A stretch of 64,000 nucleotides of DNA, from NCBI RefSeq assembly GCF_041956535.1, contig NW_027192200.1, positions 329,477 to 393,476 of the forward strand, given 5' to 3'. Made by a program: the position numbers and the translations under genes. The DNA comes from Calcarisporiella thermophila CBS 279.70 (taxonomy: Eukaryota; Fungi; Calcarisporiellomycota). How positions within the stretch are numbered: position 1 is the stretch's first letter; every line of letters starts with the position of its first letter. Positions 39,960 through 51,233 of the stretch are shown here, piece after piece. The notes beneath the pieces are model-generated. The model searched no databases and was not told the DNA's origin. It saw only the letters and a list, made by a program, of their open reading frames with translations.

Positions 39960-41120
39960 TCACGCAAGCACTTTTCCATAGTTAATACTTTTCAAATAAG
40001 CCTCCAGTTCCACCCATTCGATTCCCAGCTCTTTTCTCGATTCAGCGAGGTCGGATAGCTCTTCTCCACTCAGAGTACTATTGAAAAACTCAAATACTTC
40101 AAGATTTACGGGAAGGTCATCGGGGTTAACATCTTCGGGTGGAAGAAAGTGGTAAACGTGCTCAATGCCGGAAACTAGAGAAATAGTGTGAACTCGACAT
40201 GAACATAAAAAAGACCTTTTAGAAGCTAAATGGACACATATCTTTGGTTGCTATCTCGGCAAATTCGGGAAAAGTGTAGCTTTTAGCGGTTAGATGCAGA
40301 TGCTTGCCAATAAATTTTTCCCTGTTGGAGAGAATGGCAACCACAGCTTTCTGTAAAAGTTCATCGGCAATTATCGGGATAAGTCTATGTGAATAGTTGT
40401 AGAACGAAGGGGTTGATTGCTTACCCCAGTGACGATACTGGCTGCTAGCATTCCCACTTTATGTTCAGGTTTGATAAAGTGTTTGATATATACCTTGTCA
40501 CCTTTTTCAGCGGTCGAAATGCTCTTATTTTGGTAACTAAACCCGTGTATAATGGTTTCATAATAAAACCCGAGATTGACAAAGGTGGCTGGGAGACCGA
40601 TCTCTTTTACGTACTCCTCTTCACGCGCCTTGTCATCAAACTGCTCTACTTTGGCTTTTCCCCCAGACGCTTTCTCTATACTCATCAATGTGCTCCAAAT
40701 GAAATGTTGAACACAATTGGCAAGGGCAGCGTCCGCCATACTTTTTCCTTGGCGGAACTCCTCTCCTGGTTTCCTATTATTAGGGCCATAGGGATTTGTA
40801 ACTGCATAGACAGCATACGCTCCTGTAAAGCAACGCTTCATGTCATCTTCGCTCGATAAATTTCCTTTAACCACTTCGGCTCCTAGCGCAGCCAGCAATC
40901 TGGCTTTTTCGGAATCGGGGTTACGAGTGATAGCCCGCACGTGATACTTCCCTGATTGCAGGAGAGCTTTTGCTACAGAACCGCCTAATAATTATAATAA
41001 TATCATTTGAATAGAGTTCACATTAAGTTGAAGTAGTTTTCTCAATAAGAGAGTTACCCTGAGCACCTGTAGCAAATAACTCCGATATTACCAAAGCGGA
41101 TAGTGTTCCCACACTGGGGC
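39960..41120 (-). CDS. NmrA-like atypical SDR, N-terminus apparently damaged (possible pseudogene)
   Basis: ATGAQG-GSVAKALLQSGKYHVRAITRNPDSEKA, QGKSMADAA, HFIWSTL, FDDKAREEEYVKEIGLPATFV; stop at 39960; no clean start and an apparent frameshift just before ATGAQG. Confidence 0.7.
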
Positions 41121-41846
41121 CTATGAATTAGAGAGAATGCCAAAAGGTAGTTTATAGCAAGAGAATATCCTTCTTGTTCTGTTCCCTTAATATTGCCACC
41201 GGGGTGGATTAAAATGTAAAGTTCAGATGTAAAGCTCAAATGTAAAGTTCGGTGAAGGTCGAGAAATCTGACAGGGTTAATAAACACTAATATATTATCG
41301 CAGCTTATACTCTATTAATCCCAGTTTAATGTTTTTTATTATTACAGTATTTAATTATCCCAAGTCAACTAGCAATGCTATTTGAGCAATGTCGCATAAG
41401 TATGTGCCGTAATAGCAAACTCATTTTGTTCTTCATAACCCATTGAATTCTTAAGGGCCTCAGGTGAGGAACTATCAGGTGAAATCAAGAGAAGGCTAAG
41501 GTTTCTGAGTGTTTAGAGAACTGGTACACGCTATAATGCCTATATTAATTCTTGACTTTGCGATATACAATGCCAATGGTTTGTAATGCTCCCCACAAGA
41601 TATGCATCGGGGATGATTGCTTGATTTGGTTACTTTAATTGCTTTTGAAATATATGTAGTATCGATACGCCTTATTCATATGCTTTTATCGAGCAGGAGG
41701 AGAAAAATATTTATAAAAAAAGGATGAAAAGGTCTTCTATAGACAACCTTTGATAGTTAAAAGACAACAAAAACCCCTACAAAAGAAAATAGGATCCGTT
41801 TCAAGCAAAATAAATACCGCACACCTATAATACAATAAATATGAGT

Positions 41847-43513
41847 CTATTGGGCTTTAAGGCGGAAGGCGTCCACACATATGGTGATGACTCCGATGAC
41901 GATTTCAAAAAAAATCAGGATGATGACAATCCATTCCAATTGTTCGCCTATCCAAATGTACAGAGGGGTTTTCGGGTAAGACTCTGCTATAAGTCACGGA
42001 CCAGCCAAAGTAGAACCGATTTGCTTACCGTGGGTACTCGTCAAATGTTCCTTTAACATATCCAATAGGTCAGAAATGACCGCCATGCGCTGATTCAGCA
42101 ACTCGACTCGCTGCGAAATTTCCAGATATTTGCGGGTGGATTGGTATAGAGGCTCGAGCTTGAAAATAGAGAGGAAAAAAAACAAGTCAGGTCCATCCTA
42201 GGTGGTTTCCTGCATAAACCACACGGATTGCTATGAAATAATTACCTGTGGTTCAGACCAAAAAATTTCAGGCGTGTCCAACACATTTGACACAAGATTG
42301 ATGTTGATGCGCATAATAAATAATCGACCTATCATTTTTGTGATTCCAGTCCTAGGACAAGGTAGGAGCGGTTAGAGCAGCGATGGAGGGAAGAGAACGA
42401 CAATGCTAAGAGCAAATTCGACTTACCTAGAAAGGTGCACTTTTCCGCTTTGAGCCATGGTCTGTGGAATATGCTTGGTGCTTTCTATTGTGTCGTCAAC
42501 GAGTCCTTCGAAAAGGGTTAATTTTGTAGACTGCGCAATACCATGGGCAATGGCTAGTTTAACCATGTAGTTTCCAGGGTGACGCAAGGTTATGATATCG
42601 TTATATATTCTGTTCGGAAAAAAAGAGGATTTAATAGTGAAGCGAAACGACCATGGTGGGAGTCAACGTGTCCTACTTTGGCTGTGCAGATGCATCGTAG
42701 CAATACAATAACTCTTCGGTCTCCACGTCCTTGGCATCTTTTTTTTTTCCAATTAGAAAACTCTCTTCCATTTTTCAATGAGCAAATAGTCAAGGAAGTA
42801 ATACCTAGTTTTTCCTCTTCGAATTTCGAGAGTTCGGACAGGAGTTGTCGCTCTTGCTGCACAGTCATACCCCAAAACACAACGACTCCATAGTCAAAAA
42901 AGAAGATTTGAGAGTCGGGTTCATATTTACCATTCGGGGCGTCCTCCTCTATGCGGATGAGGTCCTGTGCAGTGTGGAAGTTGAATGAAAAGGGGGTGAA
43001 GATGCTAGAGAAAGTGGAATTCAATGTCAGTCTCTCGCCAACTTTGGTTGAAGAAGATCACTTACACCTCATCGAAACGCTTTGGCGAAGTTGCATTGGT
43101 GGATTTGAGCGATTGGAGATATGCCATCAGCTCCTTCATTTTGTAGGAACTTGCGGTGCAGTAGGCAGTTACCCGTGGCAGCAAATCCACGGGCCGAGGC
43201 TGAGAATCTTCAAAGGGTGCACCCTCAACTCCATCTTCTAGGGGAAAGAGGGCTAATTTCTGACTGGTTTTCGTTGTTCCTATCCATTTAATGATAAAAA
43301 TGTAAGCATTGAATTCCGATTCGCCTGAAGAGAAAGACAGAGAAGGAGGAGGGGATTACGATTTGGCTGCTTGGGCTTGTTACGGGTGTTCGCGGCCGCG
43401 TTGGCGTTCGAGGACTGGAATGAGACGGTGAGAGCTGGCTTCGACTGTTCCTCGGCGGACGCATTGCGCCGTTTGTTCGGAGACGATTTTTTTGGCCAGT
43501 TTGTGGTATTCAT
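41847..43513 (-). CDS. RMD1: DUF155 Rmd1/Sif2-family protein, multi-exon
   Basis: RVTAYCTASSYKM, FFFDYGVVVFWGMT, IYNDIITL, KLAIAHGIAQSTKL, RININLVSNVLDTPEIFW, YLEISQRVELLNQR, EQLEWIVIILI. Confidence 0.9.
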
Positions 43514-44574
43514 GCTGGATTCGACAACAAAGGGCCGATATGCGTGAAGGGATCAGGAGTGAGAATCTTTAAAGAAAAAAAAGAATATGCAACGAAATTT
43601 AGCTGTCAAATTCGATGAACTCTGTTTCCGAGCCACCTTCAAAATCAGTAACCCAATGCATGTATGGTAAAACGGAATAGCAATAATCGGAACATCAATG
43701 TCGCTTACTACTTTGACAGATAATATTGGTATGTCAATTAATACGAGGAGAAAAGACAGGTCCTGTCGCCCGTTTAACGTGCTTTTAGGTCGCATAATAA
43801 TGTATTCAAAAGCAACAATGAAAATAGACGCCTTCACACCTAGTTATCCCACGGATAAACATAACAAACCTTTTAATTTTTAAAATTAAAGTATTTTCCG
43901 TAAAGACCCTCGAAAAGAAACGAGCCAGTTCCAAGCCAATTCAAGAGAGGTTATGACGATAGGCCGTACTTAGCTGGTCTCGTCAGAGACGAGAGCTTCC
44001 TGAGGGATCCCAGCTCAGTTAGAGATTTGAAGTAAATAATACCATAGTCAAGAGCTATTCCCAATATTGCCAGCAACCAATTCGCTGAAGTAAAAAGCCA
44101 GAGTATGGTCTTTGCAGAGGAATTTGTGGGCGGACCCTATTCCAGAATTCTATCAGGCCCATTGCGCGGTCTATGGACGATCTGTGTGCATCCTCCCAAG
44201 AGATTCGTTCTGCCGTATTGTTAATCCACCATCCATCATAGCAGGATTTTAAGCTAATATAACTCGACACATAGGTTGAGATTGAGAATCGGCAAGTCAG
44301 AGAAAAGCGGCAGCATGAATGACAGTAGAGGACTCGTTCATGCCTGCTGTCTGTCCATGGATACATCAGAGTAGTCATAGTGTAAAGCGCATGAGCAAAA
44401 TTGACGAGCGACAACCATGAGATACCATGCGGTTCCCAGAAAAGCAGTCACGTGTTCGTGGCGGGTTCTTTTTCCCTATGCTTCGAGCAGCTATCGACTA
44501 GTTCTTAATTCTCCTGGGTACCCCCCTTTTTATTCTCTTCCCATTTCTACCGAATTCTACTCAAGGTTCAGACC

Positions 44575-46166
44575 ATGCTAAGTAGTAGACCCTTTGTATC
44601 TCTCGCCCTTCGCCCGCTCCCCTCCCTCACCGCCCGTAATTTGGTCCGCGCTTTCGCCACCGACTCGCGGCCCTCCTCGCTCCAGTCCACGGAGTCAAGC
44701 GGGGTGCGACCGCGACGTGCGCTATTCTACAGTAAGTCAGGATCTATTATCGTACATTGCTATTTCATTCCAAACGAAATACTCTTCCTTCTCGTTTGAT
44801 TATTGATTTATGAATCATCCTTTTTTTTTCGTTAGTTCCTGGGAGTGACGAGCGTAAACTTAAATCTTCACTGAAATCGAATGCCGACTGTCTGGTTTAC
44901 GATCTCGAAGACGGGGTTGCATTCAATCGCAAGGGTGCAGCGCGTGGGATGATATTGGATGCTCTCGAGGTTAATTTCAAGCTTTTATATCCCCATTAGA
45001 AGTGGGAAAAGTAAAAACTAAATCCATTGACATCTCGTGTCGTTTAGGCTGTGAAAGATAGAAGAGAACGAGCAGTAAGGATCAATGCAGTGGGTTCGGG
45101 GCTTGAGCTGGATGACTTGAATGTGGTGGTAAGTTTTGCATGAATATTGCTGAATTTCAAAATGGGTTCAAGGTGATTTATTATGTATTGTGTTGGTCTC
45201 CTTTTTCTCCTTCCATGATCCCCTTAATAGCTACACTCGAAATCGCTTCAGGCTATTGTTATTCCCAAGGTCCAGTCGGCTAAGGATGTGCAGTTTGTAA
45301 GCCAGATGATTGACACAGTGGCGCCCGAGGTTACGTATGTAGAGCGCCCTCATCTTATAGCTAGTCGGACCCCTGATTCATATTATGCCATGTTATCATA
45401 GGCGGCGTAACATCCGCTTGATTGCAAGTATAGAGAGCGCATTAGCTATTATGAACCTGAAGGAGATTGCTACTTCGGACCCACGGTTAGACGCGTTGAT
45501 TGTGAGCTATTTGTATTCATTTCTTCACCCATTAGAAATTCATTGGTAACCCTCCCACTCATCAAGTTTGCCGCCGAAGACTACTGTGCGGATACCGGAA
45601 TCACGCGTTCACCCCACCGCACAGAGCTTCTTTTTGCACGCGGGGCCGTGGTGAATGCCGCCGTGGCCTTTGGGCTGCAAGCGATTGATCTGGTGTGCTT
45701 TGATTACCAGGACGATGCGATTCTGGAGGAGGAATGCCGGGAAGGCCGAGGCATGGGCTTCTCCGGGAAACAAGCCATCCACCCACGACAAATTGATACC
45801 ATTCAGAAGATGTTCCTCCCGGATCAAGCCGGTAATGGCATAATCCTCTCCCCCTGTTGAGGCTCATTTTCTCATTCTCTATTTATCCATCTTCCCCTCT
45901 CCTCCTCAATGTGTATTGTAGATTTGGAGAGAGCGGTCCGAATCGTGGAGGGCTATGAGCAGCACTCGGTGAAGGGAATTGGCGCGTTTGCGCTCGACGG
46001 AAAAGTGGTGGATCTTCCGGTGGTGAAGTGGGCAGAGCGACTGATTGCCAAGGCAAAAGCCGCGGAGATGCCCATCGCTTCCTCCTCCTCCTCCTCCACC
46101 GCCTCAGCCTCCCCGTCCTCATCTAACCCTTCTGCCAGCTCTGACACCTCTGCTTCCAAGAAATAA
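44575..46166 (+). CDS. CLYBL: Citrate lyase beta-like protein (CitE/CLYBL, HpcH/HpaI family) with mitochondrial presequence, multi-exon
   Basis: RPRRALFY-VPGSDERKL, YDLEDGV, RAVRINAVGSG, IVIPKV, IASIESA, FAAEDYCAD, AFGLQAIDLV, GFSGKQAIHPRQI, GAFALDGKVVDLPV. Confidence 0.92.
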
Positions 46167-46290
46167 TGGTAAACAGGGGGATATATTATATTGGCTTTAT
46201 ACAACTACAAAATCCAATAAAGAATATGATTGTCTTCCACATCCGCCCATCCCAGCCCTCCAAAGCATGCATAATGCAAAATAAAACACG

Positions 46291-46926
46291 CTACTGCAAG
46301 ACCCTCTGGTTCAAAAGGTGCCGAATGGCCATCTCCTTGTACGCCTCTAATCCCGGGGTCGAGAGCCCGACGACCTTGGCGCGGTCGTCCCACAGCCGAA
46401 GTTGGACCTTTTCGCGGAAAAGGGGATCGGCCTCGAAGCTTTTCACCTGTTCAGGGGTGAACGGGCCGCCCTGGTACTTGAGCGAGGCCTTGCTGGCATC
46501 GCTCAGCGCGTCGTAGTAGGCTTGGTCGGTGGCGGTCAGATAGCGTTTTGCGATTACGTGCGCCTCCGTGAGCTGGGCCACCTTCTCGCTAAAGCCGAGG
46601 CGTCGCAGATACTGGCCCCCGATAAACTCGTGGCCCTTGACCCCGACCTTCACGGTCTCGGCCGAAGGGGATGCGTTCTTCAGTTCGGCGGCCTCGGCGA
46701 TGATGGCGGTGGCGGTGGCCCCGTCGCAGAATTGGCCGATGTCATGGAGCAGAGCGGCCAGGATGGTGTCGTCGTCGGCGTTGGCGTCAGCGGCCTGTTT
46801 AGCGGTCTGCAGCGAGTGCTCGAGCTGCGAGATGGCCTCTCCTAGATACTCTTTTCTGCTTCCCTCCTCGAGCAAGGCGAAGAGGCTCTCCACGGTGTGT
46901 TGTGCGAGTTGGCGCGCTTCCTGCAT
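46291..46926 (-). CDS. phnZ: PhnZ-like HD-domain diiron oxygenase (1-hydroxyalkylphosphonate C-P cleavage), intronless, 211 aa
   Basis: EYLGEAISQLEHSLQ, ALLHDIGQ, GHEFIG, AHVIAKRYL, YYDALSDASKASLKYQGGPF, LRLWDDRAK: the PhnZ/TmpB motif set. Confidence 0.88.
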   Translation of the reverse strand: MQEARQLAQHTVESLFALLEEGSRKEYLGEAISQLEHSLQTAKQAADANADDDTILAALLHDIGQFCDGATATAIIAEAAELKNASPSAETVKVGVKGHEFIGGQYLRRLGFSEKVAQLTEAHVIAKRYLTATDQAYYDALSDASKASLKYQGGPFTPEQVKSFEADPLFREKVQLRLWDDRAKVVGLSTPGLEAYKEMAIRHLLNQRVLQ

Positions 46927-47055
46927 GGGAGAGAGGGGGCCTACGTAGAGCGGGGGAGGGGAGGATCGAGGGGCAAAGCTGCACGGGGCCCAAGGCCGCT
47001 TTTGAAACTCTAAGGCCCAGCTGCGGGCGGGAGGCGGTGCAGAAGCTTGTGATCG

Positions 47056-47471
47056 CACGTGCTTTCTGGGCCCGCGCGGCCTGATGGCCCGATAGAGGAA
47101 GGCGAGGGGGCCGAATAGGGGTAAAGTTGCGAGATTATTGCGTTAAGCTTTGAGGGGATTTCTGATCCCCCGCCCGATTTGGAACCCAAAATCCGTTTTC
47201 CCTCTCAGCTTAAAAAGTTGCCCCGGGCCCGGCGGGTTCCCAAGGAGGGGGAGCACACGTGCGCCAGCTCTCTTGGTGACAGGGCGGCGGCGGTGGGCAG
47301 AGCGCACATGCAGTGCAGCCCATGCGGCCGAATCCCCTTCTCCTTGCGGAAGGCCTCTCCACACTTATAGTATTCCCGGATTCCGCTTCCTTCGCAGCCA
47401 TCGATTTCTCCCTTTCGGAAGGGACGCTGCCCATTTTAGGAAATCTTCTCCAAATTAAACTTCGGCACGTT
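47056..47471. promoter_or_regulatory. Bidirectional promoter with bHLH (Pho4/NUC-1-type) E-boxes
   Basis: GCACGTGC (core 47056-47061), ACACGTGC (47256-47261), GCACGTT (47466-47471); TATAAA at ~47614 before phnY. Confidence 0.55.
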
Positions 47472-47675
47472 CCCATCTTATCTTCTGAGCGCTCTGGTTT
47501 AGTAGCGCCAATGAATCACCTTTCTCACAAGAAGCCTGGTAGCAAGGCACATTTTATCTTGGGGATATAGGTGCATATATAGCCATATGTTTATATAGGG
47601 GTGCGTAGGCACTTATAAAATACCAACACACTCTAAACCACGATTTATTATTTCGGTGCTTGACAAACAACAAAG

Positions 47676-48601
47676 ATGGCCTCCACGCAAGGACGCTGTA
47701 CCGGCGACTATTCTTTGACCAAAGAGCAAGTCGAAGCCTACCATCGCGAGGGGTTCCTTCTCATCGAGGATTTTTTCACGCCCGAGGAGCACCGCGAACT
47801 TGTCGAGATCTGCGCGGATATCCGCAACTGGCCCGATACCAAGAATAAGTGGATGCAGTACTACGAGCGAAACACCGTCACCGGCGAGAAGCAGCTGTGC
47901 CGCTCCGAGAACTTCACACCCTTCCATGAGCGGATGCGCGAGTATGTGTTCGGAAGGCGCATCCTCGGGGTTCTGGCGAAGCTCAATGACGACATGGAGT
48001 ATGTGCTGTTCAAGGAGAAGATCAACTACAAGCTGCCTGGTGGGGGTGGTAAGCTTTTGGTTGCACTGATAGTCCACTAGCAATCGGTGCCATTCCTTTC
48101 CTCTCCTAATGCCGGCCATTCATCCCATTTCTTCTTCATCGCTTAGGCTTTCCCGCGCATCAGGATGCCCCGGCATTCATCCAGTTCGGGCAGGTGACGC
48201 ACACCACGGTCATGTTCACAATCGACCCGACCACTACTGAGAATGGGTGCCTCGAGGTGGTGCCAGGCTCGCACACCCTGGGCGTCCTCTCCCAGGAGAA
48301 GAAGGATGGCTCCATCAATGGCGAGTGGTGCGCTCAGCAGAAATGGATCCCCGTCGAAACGCGGCCGGGATGCGTGCTCATTTTCGGCGCGTATCTCGCC
48401 CATCGCTCTGGGGACAACAGGACGGCCAATCCGCGCACGGCCGTCTACCTGACCTACAACCAGGCCAAAGAGGGCAATCTCCGGGACCATTACTACGAGG
48501 AAAAGCGGCGGCTCTTCCCGCCCGCTTCCGATCGAGTGAAGGGCAAGGACTATTCGCAAGGCGCAGCCATCTACAATATAGCCACTCCCATTACAGAGTG
48601 A
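47676..48601 (+). CDS. phnY: PhnY-like Fe(II)/2-oxoglutarate phosphonate dioxygenase (PhyH family), 2 exons (intron 48049-48146), 275 aa
   Basis: YHREGFLLIEDFF, WMQYYE, LCRSENFTPFH, LFKEKINYKLPGGG-GFPAHQD (HxD), ENGCLEVVPGSH, LAHRSGDN..NPR.AVYLTYN, YYEEKRRLFPP. Confidence 0.88.
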
Positions 48602-49457
48602 AGAAACGTTTCTATTTTTGTTTTTTGTAGCTGTATTTGTCCGTTATCTTTGTTTTGCTTGTACTTTCCCTATCCTCTTTCGTCATCAGAAAAAAAAAAT
48701 CTCATGGTCGTGCTTTTTTCCTGGATGGTGCAAAACTGGAAATTTTAGTGATCAGAAAAAAAAAAAATAGGAGATTCGATGTTATCTGAGCGTGGTAAGA
48801 TGTGAAGATCTCGCTTCCGGAGGAGAGGGAGATTTGGGATTGTACAACAACAACAAAGCGCGCGAGTTTTTTGCTAAATAGATTTTTTCCTCTTTTTTTC
48901 CATTTCTCTTTTTCATAAGAAGAAGCCCAGCGACGTAAAGCCCTTCCCCCTTCCTCTTCTGCTTGCTCTGCCCTATAGGCCCTCGCCTTCTTCTTCGCCG
49001 CCTTCTTCTCTCTGCTCTCCCTCCCTCTCTCGCTGACGCCTCCCACACTAGCTTCTCCGTTCTTTCTCTGCTCGTTATTTAATCACGCTTATCAATATTA
49101 TATCATCACCAATATAAGCCCTAGTATATCACCCTATTTTATTTATTAATACACATCGCGTGGATTTTCATCTACTTAGTACCTCTCCCAGAATCGATAG
49201 GAACAACCCGAATTTTCAAAAGATCGCAATTGAAATTACTGTCTCAAGGTACGTTCGAGACGTGGACCCTCCAACTTTGGCCGCTATTTTCTACATCCTC
49301 ATCTCTCTCCCCTTTCTCATTTTTGTTTCCTCCCTCCCTCCTTCCTCTCGCCCCGCATCCACCCTTACTAACACAGATTTCATTAACATTGGATGTTTTC
49401 ATTCTAGCTTTCAAAAATCACATTCTTACACTCGTCATTGAAGAGCAACCGCACAGA

Positions 49458-51233
49458 ATGAGAGAATCAAACTTCTCGTTTCCCGTCACAAATCGCGCGT
49501 GTATATGCGTTGCATCTGCATTATATGATCGCCGGGCACTCGACTGCACCGCCGATCTCCCCCTCATCAACTCCTTAACCCACCTTGTATACCTGACCTC
49601 TACGTCGGCCCGAATCCGCGAGATTCTCACCATGGATGGCGGACTAGAGCGCCTGGTCCGAGTGCTCAAGACCACATCCGGGACCGACAAGCTGAGCACA
49701 TGGAAGTGGTCGCTCGCATTCCAGTGCGTGGCCAACATCGGAATCCGCGGCACGGAGCAGATCAGAACCCGCGTGGTGGAGGCCGGCGTAGTGAAGGTAC
49801 TAGAGGGGGTGTTTGAGCGGTTTCTACAGATGCTTGAGGTGGTGCGTGCAGAGAAGGAGCGACAGCGGGTCATGTCCCTGCCCCCCGTCATGCAGCTTCC
49901 TCAGGCACACCACCCCATGACGCAACCCCTGCACCCGCAGCACCAGCACCAACCACTCCCACACCATCAGCAACAGCAACCACAACCACCATCACAACCA
50001 CAGCAGCCATATCAACAGCAATACCAGCACCAAGCACAACAGCAGCAGCAGCAGCAGCAACAGCAACTACTCTTGCAGCGACATAGGCAAGCAGCCCTGG
50101 GGACCCTGGCCATGAGAGGGGAAGAGGAGTCGGTGGTAGGCACGCTCAACCTCCGCGCCCGCACAAGAGTGCCCACCACGCCCACGCCGGGTCATCCGGA
50201 GGCGACGCGGAATGCCCCGCGGGACCCCACCATTATTCAGCCGCGCCCAGACGCGCTCTTTGAGTTCGATCTGCCAGCGCGCACGCCCACGGCCGCCGGG
50301 CCTGTGGCCGAGGACGCCTTCGACATCCCCAACCTCACCCGTCCTACCCAGCTCCATCGTCCGCTGACCACCCGCGCACCGGCGGCCGCCGTCGCCGCCA
50401 CGCAGCCCCAGCCCCCGCGCTCTCCCCACATGCCGGAGCTCGTCGTTCCTGATGGCGCTCAGACCGCCCCTTCGGAGGAGCCCGATGACGGCGTCCGCCC
50501 CACCTTCGACCCCGACAATCTCGTGCGGGAGGAGGACGTGCTGCTTGCCCTCCAGCTTCTGGCCTACTTGAGCAAGTATCCACACCTGCGGGCCCACCTG
50601 TGGGGGGGCCTTGCCTTCACGCTCGCCGAGCGCTTCACACCCCGCCTCCACCCTCCCGAGGTGCAGTACTGGGCCGGCGTGATCATGCGGAACGCTTGCC
50701 GCAAGGACCACGGCGGCCTCCGCCGGTGCATGTCCTGCGGCAAGGAGGAGAAGCGCGTCAGGGAGTTCGCCAAATGCCAGCGGTGTGGCAAGGCAAGATA
50801 CTGCTCGAGGGACTGCCAGTTCAAGAGCTGGGGGGCCGGCCATCGTTGGTGGTGTGTGGAGCGAGAGGCCCCGAGCTCTCCCGCCTCCTCGTCCAGCTCC
50901 GTGTCCTCAGGCGGCTCCCATCATTCGGGGCGCGTTTCGATGGGCGCCCAGGCCAACCCCGCCGTGGCCGCGGTGTCCGCGGCCGGTCACCCCAATGCAC
51001 AGGCGGGGGGCGTGGATGTGGCGCGGGAACGGGGAGGGAGTCAGCCTCCATTTTCTTTCGCAACCGCGACCACGGCCAACGCCACCTCGGCCATGCGGGC
51101 CTCCGCCCATGCCCCTGCCTCGCGCAGAACCGGAGCGACCTCAACGGGCCGAGAGGGGGAGTCGTCCACCTCGCCCGGGCAACCTCCGGAAACTCAACGC
51201 TCCGATCGAACACCGAGGGGTAGACGGGTGTAG
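49458..51233 (+). CDS. MUB1: MYND zinc-finger protein SamB/Mub1
   Basis: MRESNFSFP..NRACICVASALYDRRALDCT, INSLTHLVYLTSTSARIREIL, AFQCVANIGIRG, LQLLAYLSKY, QYWAGVIMRNACRKD, MYND C..C...C..C...YCSRDCQ...W..HRWWC. Confidence 0.93.
   Translation: MRESNFSFPVTNRACICVASALYDRRALDCTADLPLINSLTHLVYLTSTSARIREILTMDGGLERLVRVLKTTSGTDKLSTWKWSLAFQCVANIGIRGTEQIRTRVVEAGVVKVLEGVFERFLQMLEVVRAEKERQRVMSLPPVMQLPQAHHPMTQPLHPQHQHQPLPHHQQQQPQPPSQPQQPYQQQYQHQAQQQQQQQQQQLLLQRHRQAALGTLAMRGEEESVVGTLNLRARTRVPTTPTPGHPEATRNAPRDPTIIQPRPDALFEFDLPARTPTAAGPVAEDAFDIPNLTRPTQLHRPLTTRAPAAAVAATQPQPPRSPHMPELVVPDGAQTAPSEEPDDGVRPTFDPDNLVREEDVLLALQLLAYLSKYPHLRAHLWGGLAFTLAERFTPRLHPPEVQYWAGVIMRNACRKDHGGLRRCMSCGKEEKRVREFAKCQRCGKARYCSRDCQFKSWGAGHRWWCVEREAPSSPASSSSSVSSGGSHHSGRVSMGAQANPAVAAVSAAGHPNAQAGGVDVARERGGSQPPFSFATATTANATSAMRASAHAPASRRTGATSTGREGESSTSPGQPPETQRSDRTPRGRRV
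50038..50067 (+). repeat. CAG/CAA trinucleotide repeat (polyQ) in MUB1
   Basis: caacagcagcagcagcagcagcaacagcaa. Confidence 0.85.

Noticed and set aside
44055-44414. 119-aa minus-strand ORF in the RMD1-CLYBL intergenic region
   Set aside because: Non-ATG start and no recognisable domain
46927-47058. N-terminal extension of phnZ in the ORF track
   Set aside because: Non-ATG start with low-complexity sequence; family similarity begins near ATG 46926
49230-49457. TTG-initiated N-terminal extension of MUB1
   Set aside because: The conserved family start MRESNF begins at ATG 49458; the upstream part is pyrimidine-rich UTR-like sequence
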